Assembly: GCF_006345805.1 (NCBI RefSeq)
Contig: NC_042999.1
Span: 134,230,001 to 134,294,000, forward strand
From: Octopus sinensis
Lineage: Eukaryota
Length of the DNA: 64,000 bases
Direction: 5' to 3'
This document shows positions 13,546 through 26,535 of the stretch, piece after piece. A model generated the notes under the pieces. That model saw nothing but the letters and a program-made list of their open reading frames with translations. It was not told the origin of the DNA and did not search any database. The translations under genes were made by a program, and so were the position numbers. Every line of letters begins with the position of its first letter. The stretch's first letter is position 1.

Positions 13546-14044
13546 TTTACCCATAAAGCATATTCCAGCTGGAAAAAAAAAAACTGAGGTCGATTTTGTT
13601 CAACTAAAACACCTTTGAAAGCGGTGCCCCAGCAGGAGTACAATTCAAAGACTGTGTGTAACTAAGAAAAGAATAACAAGATATATGTTTGTGTTTGTAT
13701 GTGTAGTCAGTTTTATTTTCCATCCTACGTTGGCATTTTTATTATTATTAAATTTCAATTTTCCTCCAAACTATTTCTTCAAAATAAAGGTAGGTGTTAT
13801 TCAGAAACTAAATCTCATGTCAGTTATGTATTATTTAATTTGTAATTGATGACTGTCAACTGATCTCATTAATTCGGAGAGTAATTAACATGTATTTAAA
13901 GATTAATTACAGACAAGTCACTGTTGTTGACTGGTGTGTTCCTGTGACAGCTGGGTGATTCTCTTCGCACTGTTTACACCAGACATCATCACGGAACTTT
14001 GGCAAAATAGCTATTTTATGGCTTCTGACATCTTTATCACGCAC

Positions 14045-14081
<37 letters not shown>

Positions 14082-14267
14082 AACACACACACACACACAC
14101 ACACAAGCACACACACATACACGCGCATGCACAGGCACATACATATACACTTATGCATGTGCACGCACATATATTTACACTACACACACACTCATACTTA
14201 TATACATATATGTGTGTACTGATATATATCCATGCACAGATATAAATACATATTTTATATGTATGTA

Positions 14268-14335
<68 letters not shown>

Positions 14336-14662
14336 TACATATACACAAAATTTTTACCAGTACACAACAAATATAAAGCATAAATGTACACGCGTACATA
14401 CATAGACACACACATATACATCCATAAATATATACATAACTACATACATATATATGTATACATACATACATACATACATGCATACATACATACATATATG
14501 CATACATACATACATACATACATTCATGCAGTCATACACAGACGCACACGTAAACACTCTGACGCGTACACAATATGGCGCTGATGTTACAACGGACACA
14601 CTGTTGACACTGGAAGAGATTCTGAAAGAGATTAGGTGTGTTTAAAGCAAAATAGGAAAATA

Positions 14663-14945
14663 TAATGATGACGATGATGATGATGTTGACGGTGATGATG
14701 ATGCTGACGAAGATGTTCGCGACTACAACGACGACGACGATGGTGGGGATGGTGGTGGTGGTGGATGTGGAGGTGGTTGTGGTGATGGTGGCGATGATGA
14801 TGATGGTGGTGGTGACAGCGGTTGAGACGTCGACGGCGGTGGCGGTGGCGATGGTGTTGGTGGCGGTGGCGATGGTGTTGGTGGCGGTGGCGATGGTGTT
14901 GGTGGCGGTGGCGATGGTGTTGGCGGCGGGTGTTGATGATACGAT
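14663..14945. repeat. (GAT)/(GGT) trinucleotide tract with about four copies of 21-bp unit GGTGGCGGTGGCGATGGTGTT
   Basis: Directly visible, minisatellite at about 14838-14921. Confidence 0.9.
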
Positions 14946-15416
14946 GAAACCAAGAACGAAAAAAAAGTACATAACATAAAAATAGGTCAAGATGAATGAT
15001 GAGGAGGAGACGAAAGGGAAAGATGATGAAGATGATGATGATGAATGTTTTCACACACTATTAGAAGGAATGTTGAGTACACATTGAAGTAAGGTCTATA
15101 GAACTTCTTAACTTAAGCTGTTGCCGTTATAACCTTTAACTGCGTGACATGGATGTAGGTTTACATCCAACGTAAATGGATGGATGGAGCGAGGGGGAGG
15201 AGAGGAAGGGATGGAGGGATAGCTGGTTAGTTGGCTGGGTGAATGGCTGGATGACTCGATGGATGGATGGATGGATCGATCGATTGATAGATGGATGAAT
15301 GTATGAGTGGAAGGATGCATCGATCGATCGATCCGAACGGGAACGTGAAACTCCGTGTAACAGGTTTTGTTGAATTTCTGCTGCTATATATATATATATA
15401 TAATATATATATATAG

Positions 15417-15634
15417 TTAATCCAAACATGAAACACAAAGAGAAAACAACAACGCGAGGACGTGGAACAAGTATAGTGTTATTGGACGCTCGGGAAAGGA
15501 AAGAAAGAAGGAGGGTTTGACGTTTCGAGAGGGAGCTCTTCGTCAGAAACATAGGAAAAAGAAAGATCCAAGGAAGGAAAGACGGAGGAAAAAAAATCGC
15601 CAACGGTACACACGCGGTCACACACACAGACATG

Positions 15635-15635
<1 letters not shown>
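15417..15635 (-). mobile_element. Hammerhead-bearing Penelope-like/retrozyme-like element inserted in (TA)n
   Basis: (TA)n on both sides. Homologous to 2918-3300. Contains the hammerhead at 15515-15550. Confidence 0.7.
15515..15550 (-). ncRNA. Minimal type I hammerhead ribozyme motif, intact core
   Basis: Minus strand GTTT-CTGACGA-A-GAG-CTCCCT-CTC-GAAA-CG-TC-AAAC: stem I GTTT/AAAC, CUGANGA, stem II, GAAA, palindromic ACGT stem III, GUC cleavage triplet. Confidence 0.7.
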
Positions 15636-15708
<73 letters not shown>

Positions 15709-15955
15709 ATAGATTCATGCTGACATGTTGCATATATTTAGTCATGTCTATCTCCTGCACAAGTGGAATTGTCCGGGTCATAATCTTCCTTAGCTAGATG
15801 CAAATTCATCTCTAGTTTCAATAAAGGAAGCAAAGTTGTTGCCGTTGTTTCCCATGTGTAGCTTCGAGTCAATTCCTGAACGACAAAATGCAATCCACAC
15901 ATATATTACATTAGATATAAAATTCCTAGTTTAACCTATGACTATGCCATACACA

Positions 15956-16118
15956 CAGTGCCGGATTTACTATTGTGCTTAGTTGAAGACCGCGTTGACC
16001 ATGGGGGAGGGCATCTTTCTGCCCATTAAAATTTTTTACGATGAATGCCTAACTGTTCAAGTAAAGAGCCACATAACTTAACTGGCACAGGGCCTCATTT
16101 GTCCTAAATCTAGCACTA
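15956..16118. mobile_element. hAT-type MITE (decayed)
   Basis: TIRs CAGTGCCGGATTTA / TAAATCTAGCACTA. 8-bp flanks CATACACA / TATACAAA (6/8). Confidence 0.6.
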
Positions 16119-16575
16119 TATACAAACTTTCTCAAGCAATGGATAATCGTATCAGATGCTGTGTTACACTTTGGATATGTTATACTCTCTATTGTTCAAA
16201 CTATTCCTATACAAAACTGTTTCGATCCATCAGAGAAACCTTAGCATGATCGCTAGTGAAATCACACAATTTTCTTCATCATAACCGTCTAAGAACATTA
16301 TGTATCTCTAGTTTTCAGTAAATTCTGTGGGTGGATGTAGAGTTACACGAAGTAGGGTCTACGATAGAATAAACCTATGAGGATAGTACTTACGTAAATC
16401 AAGGAAAATTAATTAAATACATTTGCAATTAATTTACACACAAGTAGTACCTCCTTATATCTGAAGGTTTATTTTATAGAATTTCAAAACATCACAAAAT
16501 TCGAACCCTGCTAACTCTTCGGTAATGTATACTTTCATTTGTTTTCTAATCTGTCTGTCTATCTATCTATCTATC

Positions 16576-16669
<94 letters not shown>

Positions 16670-16706
16670 AATATATATATATATGCGTGTGGTGTATATA
16701 TATATA

Positions 16707-16754
<48 letters not shown>

Positions 16755-16756
<2 letters not shown>

Positions 16757-17058
16757 GGGAAAAAAAAACACGATAGAGGACAATAAAACATCCGGACAGA
16801 TAGACGATACAAAGGCGGACAGGGGAAACAACAATTAGAAGGACTGAAAAAAAAAAAAGACGGGTCATTCGTGGCCTGCTTTCAACAGTCACATTTACTA
16901 GAAGTCCTTATTGTTTCGGACAGTTACAATTGAGACAGTTCGAGCTAAGAGCATGAAAATTTTTTATTGTAAGAAAGCTAGCGAATGCGTACGGCAACGA
17001 AGACAAAAAACCGAGGACATGGTACGCAATAACAAACTCAAACAAGAAAATAACAACA
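16755..17058. repeat. Unclassified repeat adjoining (TA)n, related to 61712-61835
   Basis: Shared AAAAACAC(G/A)ATAGAGGACA, GGGTCATT.GTGGC and TTTCGG.CAGTTAC..TTGAGA blocks. Confidence 0.55.
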
Positions 17059-17370
17059 GTACTTATTCTAAACGAATCGGTCTCTTTTGCCGAACCGCTA
17101 AGTGGCGGGGACATAAACACACCAGCATCGGTTTTCAAGCAATGGTAGGGGGACAAATACAGACACACAAACATACACGCACATACATATATATATATAC
17201 GACAGGATTCTTTCAGTTTCCGTCTAACAAATCCACTCACAAGGCTTTGGTCGGCCCGAGGCTATAGTAGAAGACACTTGCCCAAGGTGCCACGCAGTGA
17301 GACTAAACCCAAAACCATGTAGTTCGTATGCAAGCTACTTACCACACAGCCACTCCTGCCTCCTGCGCCT
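17059..17370 (-). mobile_element. SINE family A, lacking 3' end
   Basis: Reverse complement of 21652-21960. Confidence 0.85.
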
Positions 17371-17373
17371 ATA

Positions 17374-17414
<41 letters not shown>

Positions 17415-17521
17415 ATGTTTATATATATATGTGTGTGTGTATGTATATGTTTATATATATATATATATATATGTGTGTATGTGTTGCGTGGTATACAATA
17501 TTTTTTATATATATATATATT

Positions 17522-17576
<55 letters not shown>

Positions 17577-17580
<4 letters not shown>

Positions 17581-17960
17581 TACTGTCGTTACTGTCCTGT
17601 TTTTGTTACCATTCTTTACCCCTCTGCGAAAAGATCTCAGAATTTTAATTGATTTGCTTTTCGCAGGAAGGAAAGTTTCTTGTCGAAGATACGTCTCGCT
17701 TTCACCTTCGAAACGTAGAGTAGATGAAACCATAGCGACTGAAGAAGGGGATTTTTCTTTGTGTTAATTGTCCTGTACTCTATATTTTTGTTGTTTAAAA
17801 AAATGTCCAGTTCCGTTGGTTTGTGTCTATGTTTTCGTTTCTCATTGTGTTCGACGTCTTTTTGGTGTCCTGTACTCATATATGCGTGTAGATGTACATG
17901 TAGAGGTAGGTACGTACATATATGTTTATATATATGCATATGTTTTATTTTATTTATTAA
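17577..17960 (+). mobile_element. (TA)n-embedded repeat with degenerate hammerhead-like motif, related to 47790-48260
   Basis: 17790-17960 nearly identical to the reverse complement of 47795-47970. 17677-17720 reads TTC-TTGTCGA-A-GA...TC-GAAA-CG-TA-GAG. Confidence 0.55.
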
Positions 17961-17979
17961 TATATATATATATATATAC

Positions 17980-18155
17980 GCACACACACACACACACATA
18001 CGACGGATATCTTTCAATATCCGTCTACCAAATCCACTCACAAGGCTTTGGTCGGCCCGAGGCTATTGTAGAAGATACCTGCCCAAGGTGCCACGCAGTG
18101 GGACTGAACCTAGAACCATGTGGCTGGTAAGCAAGCTGCTTACCACTCCTGCGCC
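17980..18155 (-). mobile_element. SINE family A, 5' half
   Basis: Head and first body block, ending in the internal microsatellite. Confidence 0.85.
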
Positions 18156-20377
18156 TTCACTGGGCATTATTATTATCATTATCCTTATTATTGTTGTTGT
18201 TATTTAAAACAGCTTGATTCAGCTCCACTGACTTACAGTTTTGCCGGCTTCTTACAGAAGCCTAGCTTATTCAGGTGCAGATAACCGAATGCGGAGTTAC
18301 AGGAAATCAAGATGGCTGCCGCAGTCTGCGCTGCTGTTGATTGAGGCGGCTCACGTGCTGTTCTTAGGATCGACATTTCAGAAGCACCAGAAGCATTAGA
18401 AAGGAGAATTTCTTGGATCGCGTGGCTGAACAAGAAACTGGTGGCGCCTTGGTGTCTGACGAGTCTTTGGAGGGACTTTGAGGGATTAACAGGCTAGCAG
18501 GAACATGACCGGCGAGGGTGTGTGTGTCTGTATACCCGATGTACGAGTAGATGAATGTGGATGTGGGATATCTGTGCGCGTGTATCAGCTATACGTGTGT
18601 GTGAGCACGTGTGTAAACTGGCGTATGGGTGGGTCGGTGGGCTAATGGCATCAGCTCGTTGATACGCATGTGTGTGTTTTTGCTAGGGTGTGCGTAAGTA
18701 TGGCTGTGGGTGCGAATCAGCCAAATGTGAGTCCACGTGCGCGTGAATATGTAGGCGTATGTGTCAGCTGTGTGTGGAGAATTTGGATATAGTTACTCGT
18801 ATACCGAGTGACCATCTACAAGCTTTTAAATTGACTGCTGTGCTTTATGGTCAACTACGATCGGATTCCAGACAGTGTATATAGTTTTCCCCCCTTTTAC
18901 AGTTTTCTTTCTTTTAATTTTCTTCTGATTTGCTTGTTCGTTCAGGTTATATTTATTGTTAAGATATGATTAGATAATTGGAGTTTGTTTCTTTACTGCC
19001 AGCCTGAATACAAAGACTTACTTCATGAATATTTGATTGTGCAATTATCACCACCAGATGTTCCCACAATGTGTGTTATATCTAAAATCAGAGGCAGCAT
19101 CTTGTCGTTACGACGTATTTCATTTATATATGTTAACAGTTAATATTTGCGCTGTAAATATTAACAGCGCGAAAGAAATTTACATAGAAGCCTGATAAAG
19201 GTGTCGTAAATAAATTCCACAAAATAGTTATTAATCTTCTAATTAAGTTTTTTTAATGAATTAGGAAAGAGGTGTAATATCATCTGATTGGTATAAAGTG
19301 AGTCACAGACACGATCTAGTCTCGTATATCTTCTCTCTGCCTTTTCTGCCACTACTATAACACTGTGTAACACGATTTTTGTCCTTGGGTAGCAATTGTT
19401 ATTTCTTATTTGCTTACCCCTAGAAAGTATAAAAAGAACGGCCAATATTTCCTTCAAATTTTTTTTTTTTTTTTTACATTTGTTTAAACCCCAAAGAATT
19501 CCTCTTAACACATGGCTGTGATGCTTTCCCAATTCTCCTGCACATGATAGAGATGTTCAAATGGTCAACCACTAAGGGTCATGTTTAAGTGGTTAAGGTC
19601 AAGCAACTGACAAGCAAATCTGTGGTATTGAACAGAATATTTTGCTATAGCAATATTTCAACTCGGCGCTGAATCTGTCCGACATGTAATGGAATGTAGG
19701 TCAATTTTAGAAACATTCATTTCCAGGTCACAAAAGCAAAGTTTGAAGGGAATAGTAATCATTTCCTTCGAATTTTAGATAGAAGCTAATAGGCGGTAAC
19801 GCTTACTGATTAAAGGCAAAAAAAAGAAATTAAATTTTAAAATGGCCTTTACGCCTCAGAGCTGGCTTGGCTCATTTCATTCCTACTTGGCATTCCAACA
19901 TATCTCCCACAATAATGAGCTTTTGCAACAAATGTCCAACCTGAGCATCTACACTCTAATGTCAGCGAGGGGAAAAATGAGGGCTAGTCAGTATCGAACG
20001 ATTGCGATTGATTGAATTTCATATAAGGCACAAAACATGGCATTAAATTCAATAGTACTACTACTACTACTATACATACACATGCGTGTGTATGTATACG
20101 AATGTGGGAGGGTGGGCCTTTATCGTTCGATGATGACGATTGAGTTGTTCGATCGATTGAACAATCTGCTCTTGAAGTGCTAAGTATTCCACTGACACGT
20201 TACTCTTTAATGTAATTCAATAGCAGAGGCATCCTGACACACTGTATTTAGAAGATTTTTTGAACTACCCAGTTTTACACACAAGGTATGGGTCAAGGTG
20301 ATGCTATAGAGAATGACATTTGAGCAAGATGCCACGCAGTGATCTAATTTGGGACCCGATGTTCAGCAAAGCTGCAC

Positions 20378-20458
<81 letters not shown>

Positions 20459-21651
20459 GTGTGTGTGTATATGCCTTGCGTTGGGCCCCTCATCTTTTCG
20501 GTGAAGCCGTAGGAGCATTGTCGTAACGTACGGAGTGCATCGGGGATTTTTTCATCTACTGGAGCCCATTCCTCTCCAAATCTAACCACAGGCAATTTCT
20601 TCCATGAACAGGGAGATAATTCAGACAAAGTGAATGAATAGAAGAATCAACCCCAAAACACGACTGATACTATATTTGTGAACTCACATTCGAGGATGAG
20701 GAGAAAAAAAAACATATTAGGGAAAGCAGACGAACACTATGAGAGATGGTTTAGCGTCATTCAGATAAAAGGTAGAACTAGAGACCAGATAAAACTTTTA
20801 GCTGTTACAATGGTTTATATTCTATTTCAGAAGGAATTAAATTGGGAATTGCAAACTCACGAAACGTTATTTGTCCCATAATAACGCTACGCTATTTGTT
20901 ACTTGCTCTAGCGGACCATTTAAAGTTTTCCTCGCAATGAAAGATGAAATGCTCTACTGGCAACCTATAATAGACTTTTAACTCTGCCATCTTCTTTGGC
21001 CCATTTCACTCGACCTGATGGAGAAAAATAGTTTGTGGGTATTGTCCTACTTTCTTGGGATAAATAATATATGAACAAAAGATACGAAAACTTATCAGTA
21101 TATTAAGGTTTTGCTTGCTCTCATCTTAAAATGGTTGACACTTCACCTCAAAAAATTTCTTTCTTTATATTCCAGCAAAGGTTTCTTATTTTTTTCTTTG
21201 CATGGTTCAAAATTAAATTTGTTGCCGTTATCGTAGTTCTTTAGACCCACGTTAATCCTGATCAAGTTAACCTATAATCAACACGGTTCTTATCATGAAC
21301 GGCTTACAGAAACGTAAACAATCCTAGAGTCCTTTACGAGCTAAATTATCCAGTTTGTCCGTTCTTCTTTAAAATAATTGAGTGTAATCTGAAGATTAAG
21401 CACCTATTTCTCTGAGAACTAGTGCACATATAAATGACCCTTTGTTGGCTCGTATAAAATTGATTTATAACAAATGGTCTTTGGATAGCGGGTAAGTTGG
21501 GGTGGTAATCGATTCTTTCGACCTTAGTGCTTTTAATATTTTATGCGAAATTTCTGTAGACAGGCATTGCAAGCACTTCGTTTTCCCCTCTTACCAGCTA
21601 TTTTCTATCTGTCAATCAAATAACACTATGTCTTATTACTTTAAATACATT

Positions 21652-22070
21652 AGGCGCAGGAGTGGCTGTGTGGTAAGTAGCTTGCTAACCAACCACATGG
21701 CTCCGGGTTCAGTCCCACTGCGTGGCATCTTGGGCAAGTGTCTTCTGCTATAGCCCCGGGCCGACCAATGCCTTGTGAGTGGATTTGGTAGACGGAAACT
21801 GAAAGAAGCCTGTCTTATATATATGTATATATATATGTGTGTGTGTATGTGTGTGTGTTTGTGTGTTTGTCCCCCTAGCATTGCTTGACAACCGATGCTG
21901 GTGTGTTTACGTCCCCGTCACTTAGCGGTTCGGCAAAAGAGACCGATAGAATAAGTACTGGGCTTACAAAGAATAAGTCCCGGGGTCGATTTGCTCGACT
22001 AAAGGCGGTGCTCCAGCATGGCCGCAGTCAAATGACTGAAACAAGTAAAAGATAAAAGAAAGAAAGAAAG
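21652..22070 (+). mobile_element. SINE family A, full-length reference copy
   Basis: tRNA-like head (A box TGGCTGTGTGG, B box GGTTCAGTCCC), CTTGGGCAAGTG body, internal TA/TG tract, A-rich tail (GTAAAA/GAAA repeats). Confidence 0.9.
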
Positions 22071-23464
22071 ATATGTAAATGAAGGAGAACACAGATATAT
22101 TTGAAGTATCTTTTTATACACAAGACGATAATTAACAGTACTATATTCACAAATAACTTTCGTGGCTGCTATTGTATTTGTTCTGGGCGGTTATTTATTG
22201 TTTCAGCAGGAATACATTAAATGCTTATTTGGAAACAGTAGAATAAAATTAAGATTAAATTAAACAATACCAGAAGACAAATAACACAACGGGGAAAATA
22301 CTGTAATATTCAACTAGTTATATAATTTAACTTGAATATTTTATGTCCTAAAGTCGACAGTATCTACATAAGGTAGGAGGGTAGGATGATTAATTTATAG
22401 CTGGTCACTGCGTTCTCTGAATTACGGATATTTTAAGAGGCCGAGAGGTTTTGGTTCATTTTCAAAATCCACTCAAGCCTCATTTTATTTTGTCTCTATT
22501 TATTTCATAATATCTTTTTTCATTCTTCATCCCTTTCTCTCTCACTTTCTACCTTAATCTTTCTCACATTGTAATTCTGGTTAATCCTCCCTCGCCTAGC
22601 CACAGCTATCCAATTAACTTCTCTTTGTTAATCTTTCAGTTCTTCTCAGTTTTTATCTTCATTTCTCTCTTATTTACCAACTCTGACTTCCTTCTTTATT
22701 CTTTCTTAAATTTCGAACTTTATTCAACCCTTATTCGTCCCTCAGTCTTATTGATATTTGAATTCTTTATCACTTTCTTTAAGTGGTTTCATTCTTTCTT
22801 TTGTTTTTACTTTCTTTGTATTTTTATATTATCTGTCTCCCTAATTATCTAGTTAGATCACTTTTTCTCCATAATTAACACCTCTCCTGCTTTACACACA
22901 CACACACACACACACATTACAAGTTTTCCATCATTATTAAGTGTGTGAAAAGCATGAAATGTCATAGCCCCTCATATTACTTCATATTACTTCCCAGAAA
23001 AGTTTCCTTGTTCTTATAAATACCAATTATTATAAAATTTAAAAACAGCTTCATATACTCATATGCATCAAAATAGGCACCACAACGCAGTCGCTCCATT
23101 TGCTAGAAAGAGCAGCCAATTTTCTTTTAGATATTCACCCTTGCTCCTTAAATGAAGGATACATTGGCTATTTCCTATGTATATGATATTTCCTAAAGTT
23201 CCTATTGTAATAAAAAAATACGGGATATCCATGGCTGAAACACACCTGATCATAGGTCAGCATGTTGAGGACTGACTAGGATTTCAGCAAGTGCCTCCAC
23301 TCCACATAAAAAATCTATACCGAATTCTCAGAACTAAACCGTCCTCTCTTTGCATTTGAAATTTGTTCTTGCTCAGCGCAAGGTTTGGCTTGATCGAACC
23401 GTCGTCGTATCATGAAAAATACCACAGCCGTGATATTCTTCTTCTTTTTTTCAGACATTGGTGC

Positions 23465-23680
23465 GGCTGTGTTTGACCCCCCACCAACACTTGACAACCG
23501 CTACTGATGTGTTTACGTCCCCTTAACGTAGCGGTTCTACAAAAGAGACCGATACAATAAGCACCAAGCCTTTAAAAAAATAGTACTAGGGATTGATTCA
23601 TCCGACTGAAAACAAATATTCTCTGAGACGGTGCTCCAGCATGACCGTAGTCTAATGAGTGAAGCAAATAAAAGATCAAA
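23465..23680 (+). mobile_element. SINE family A, 3' half
   Basis: CTTGACAACCG..GTGTTTACGTCCCC..GGTGCTCCAGCATG. Confidence 0.75.
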
Positions 23681-24472
23681 ATTAAAAGATAGTTTATCTG
23701 GAATGACATTTCCTAATGCTTTCTTTCCATAAGACGATACTATGTGATTAAAAATGGTGATCTAACTATTATTTCTAGCAAATCAATCGGCCACCAAGAA
23801 GCACCCATATTGACCAGTTTTTATTAATATATTTTATGTTATTTTTATTACTAACTTATCTTTATTGCACCACAGTTCCTCTTATCCAACAAGCCAGCTG
23901 TCAAATGCCATGTATATCTATCTCTTTCTTACTTTCTTAAATCTTTTTTTTCAGGTTTCAATTTTCTTTCATTTTTGCGTCGATTTGCCAACTTACTGAT
24001 GACATCAAATATCTTATCCGCCGCAGCCTCCACCGTTCATCACAAACACCTACGCACACACAATATACACACATGTAGCCAGACATGCGCAACCCACCTA
24101 CAGCATAAAACGCTAATCATTATTAAACCCATTGACATCACAGGCAGTTTCTACTCAAAAAAATCAATGGAGCGAAATCACCTCGAGCGTAAACGTTCAT
24201 CCATTAAAGAGCAGAAGAGAAATCTATCCTGGCTAGCATCAAGTACAGCTGGTCAGTGGAGAGGTCCTTGAAGTAGCTGAGGTGGTGCGTTTTCGAGCTG
24301 TAAGTGTAACAAAAAGTAGAAACGACGGGGGTTTGAGGAGGCTACATCTAACATTTCTTATGATCTAACGATGTAAGTACTTCCATGAACTGTCTTGCAA
24401 TGGCTTTCTTTCTCGCTCTCTCTCTCTCTCTCTCTCTCTCCCTCTTTCTCCCTCTCTCTCCCTCTCTCTCTA

Positions 24473-24506
<34 letters not shown>

Positions 24507-24939
24507 TCTCACACTCTCTCTTCCACTCTCTTTCTCTTAATCCCCCCTGTCTCTCTCTTCTGATCTTTATTCTTCATTCTCTTCATTCTCTTTTCTTTGC
24601 CTCTTTCTCAACCTCTTTCTTTCTCCTTCGTCTCTCTCCCCTTCACCTCTCTCCCCCTTCGCCTCTCACTTCTTCGCCTCATTTTCCTTCGCCTATCTCT
24701 CTCGTCCCTTCGCTTCTCTCTCTCTCTCTCTCTCTCTCTCTCGCCCCTTCTCTCCCCTCTCTCTGTCATTAACAGTTCGCAAAACCTTCCGGCATGTGAA
24801 AGGAAACAAACCGCGTTGATGTGGAAGCTGCACTGCACCGGGTATTAATCGAAACCCGTAATCTTTAAGATAGGTTTGTGGGTTGAATAAATAAAATGAG
24901 GCGAAAATATAAGAGGGAAGAAAAAGAGAAGAGCAAGTT

Positions 24940-25063
24940 GAAAGAAGAAGAAGTAGTAGTAGTAGTAGTAGTAGTTAGTAGTAGTAGTAGTCGCAGCAGC
25001 AGCAGCAGCGGCGGCGGCGGCGGCGTTGTTGTTGTTGGTGGTGGTGGTAGTGGTGGTGGTGGT
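24940..25063. repeat. Compound trinucleotide run (GAA)(GTA)(GCA)(GCG)(GTT)(GGT)
   Basis: Directly visible. Confidence 0.9.
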
Positions 25064-25638
25064 AAAAAATAAATTATTTATAAACCCTGGTTTCTGCATA
25101 CTTGTCACAAGAGACATTGTGCAGACTGAGTAGAGTGAATCAAACTGACCAGCAGACACAATCACACACAACAATGATTTCTCTCTCTCTCTCCACCCAA
25201 TCTTTCTCTCTCTCTCTCTCCACCCCATCTTTCTCTCTCTCTCTCACACACACACACAAACACACACACACAAACACGCACATACAAACATACACACATA
25301 AAGGTAGATGTACAAAGGAATGAAAACAGAACACAACACAGATGGGAGTTAAGTATTTATTTGCCGGTTGACTCAGCTCCACATTATTCGGACATTCATA
25401 GACTCAGATAACTATCTTGTCTGGTTCATCAGATGTCGAGGGGCTGAAAGTGCATAAAACTGAAAATAATGGCTTCTCAGTGAGAATATTTGGGAGCCAC
25501 CATTGGTCAGATAAGGCCACATGAACGCGTCGATGAAGGAGCGACACCAGATAATCTATATTTCATGTAATATGTTATATCATACGTACATATATTACAT
25601 ATGTGTACACACACACACACACACAGATATATGTATAT

Positions 25639-25671
<33 letters not shown>

Positions 25672-25986
25672 AGTGTGTGTGTGTACGTGCGTGTGTCCGT
25701 GCGTGTGTGTGTGTGTGTGTGCGTGCGAGTGCGTTTGCGTGTGTAATGGATAAGCATAGGTAAAAAAAGGCGTAAAGATGTAGAGACAAAGACAATTAAT
25801 TAATTAGTGCTCAGCTTGGATCAGATTCCTCAAATGTAAAGTTTAATGAAAGGAGACAGAAAAGTAGGTTACGCGATACAAATTCCGAGATTGATTATAT
25901 TTGAACTTACAACTATTATAATACAATAAACATACAACGTCTCCAGTAACGTCTACTTACAAGGTGATAATGTATAAATAGAAGAT

Positions 25987-26293
25987 CAAATGTCGATAAA
26001 CGTCGCCCTTTTGAAGCCTAGCCAGGCTTATGGGTTCCTGTGGCGTATGTGTTCCCCCAGCTGGACGGGGCGCCAGTCCATCGCAGCGTTACTCAAGAAA
26101 CAGGAAGAGAGAGTGAGAGAAAGTTGTGGTGAAAGAGTACAACAGGGGTCGCCACGACCCCCTACCGGAGCATCGTGGAGCTTTTTAGGTGTTTTCGCTC
26201 AATAAACACTCAGAACGCCCGGTCTGGGAATCGAAACCGCGATCCTCCGACCGCGAGTCCGCAGCCCTAATCACTGGGCCATTGCGCCTCCAC
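25987..26293 (-). mobile_element. SINE family C (tRNA head), tail type 1, with TSD
   Basis: Head GGAGGCGCAATGGCCCAGTG..GGTTTCGATTCCC. Perfect 13-bp TSD ATAAATAGAAGAT (25974-25986 / 26294-26306). Confidence 0.9.
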
Positions 26294-26317
26294 ATAAATA
26301 GAAGATAAATATGAATG

Positions 26318-26535
26318 AATTATTAGCGACGGAAGTAGTCTTAATACCAAAAGCTAATATTTATATCCAAGATCGTCTTTACGACCTCTGTATGTGCTTT
26401 TATGCACCAAGCGCCTTTATAAGAGGATCTCTCAAGGCTAATAACGCAGGATTCGGTGTTCTAACACGACATCCATGTTAAATTGGATGTAAAAATTATC
26501 TTTTGGTATTAATACTGCTTCCGTCGCTAATAATT
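26318..26535. mobile_element. MITE with long terminal inverted repeats
   Basis: AATTATTAGCGACGGAAGTAGTCTTAATACCAAAAG versus its reverse complement at 26500-26535 (2 mismatches in 36). Second partial internal copy at 26727-26840. Confidence 0.75.

Noticed and set aside
14532-15054. Poly-Pro/His/Thr ORFs resembling extensin or mucin
   Set aside because: Trinucleotide and 21-bp minisatellite open in several frames on both strands; no splice or domain support.
16860-16925. GAAA and CTGTTGA/CTGAGGA on minus strand here and at 61765-61820
   Set aside because: Could not form stem I or stem II consistently in both copies; not counted as hammerheads.
18456-18480. CTGACGA-GTC..GAC hairpin
   Set aside because: Not followed by GAAA.
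20480-20660. YDNAP peptide on minus strand suggesting a mariner catalytic motif
   Set aside because: Only five residues; flanks do not support it.
26190-26293. tRNA-like sequences (also heads at 21652, 39030-39115, 47381, 54742, 57845-57930)
   Set aside because: They are SINE heads: no complete cloverleaf or acceptor stem, and they continue into shared SINE bodies.
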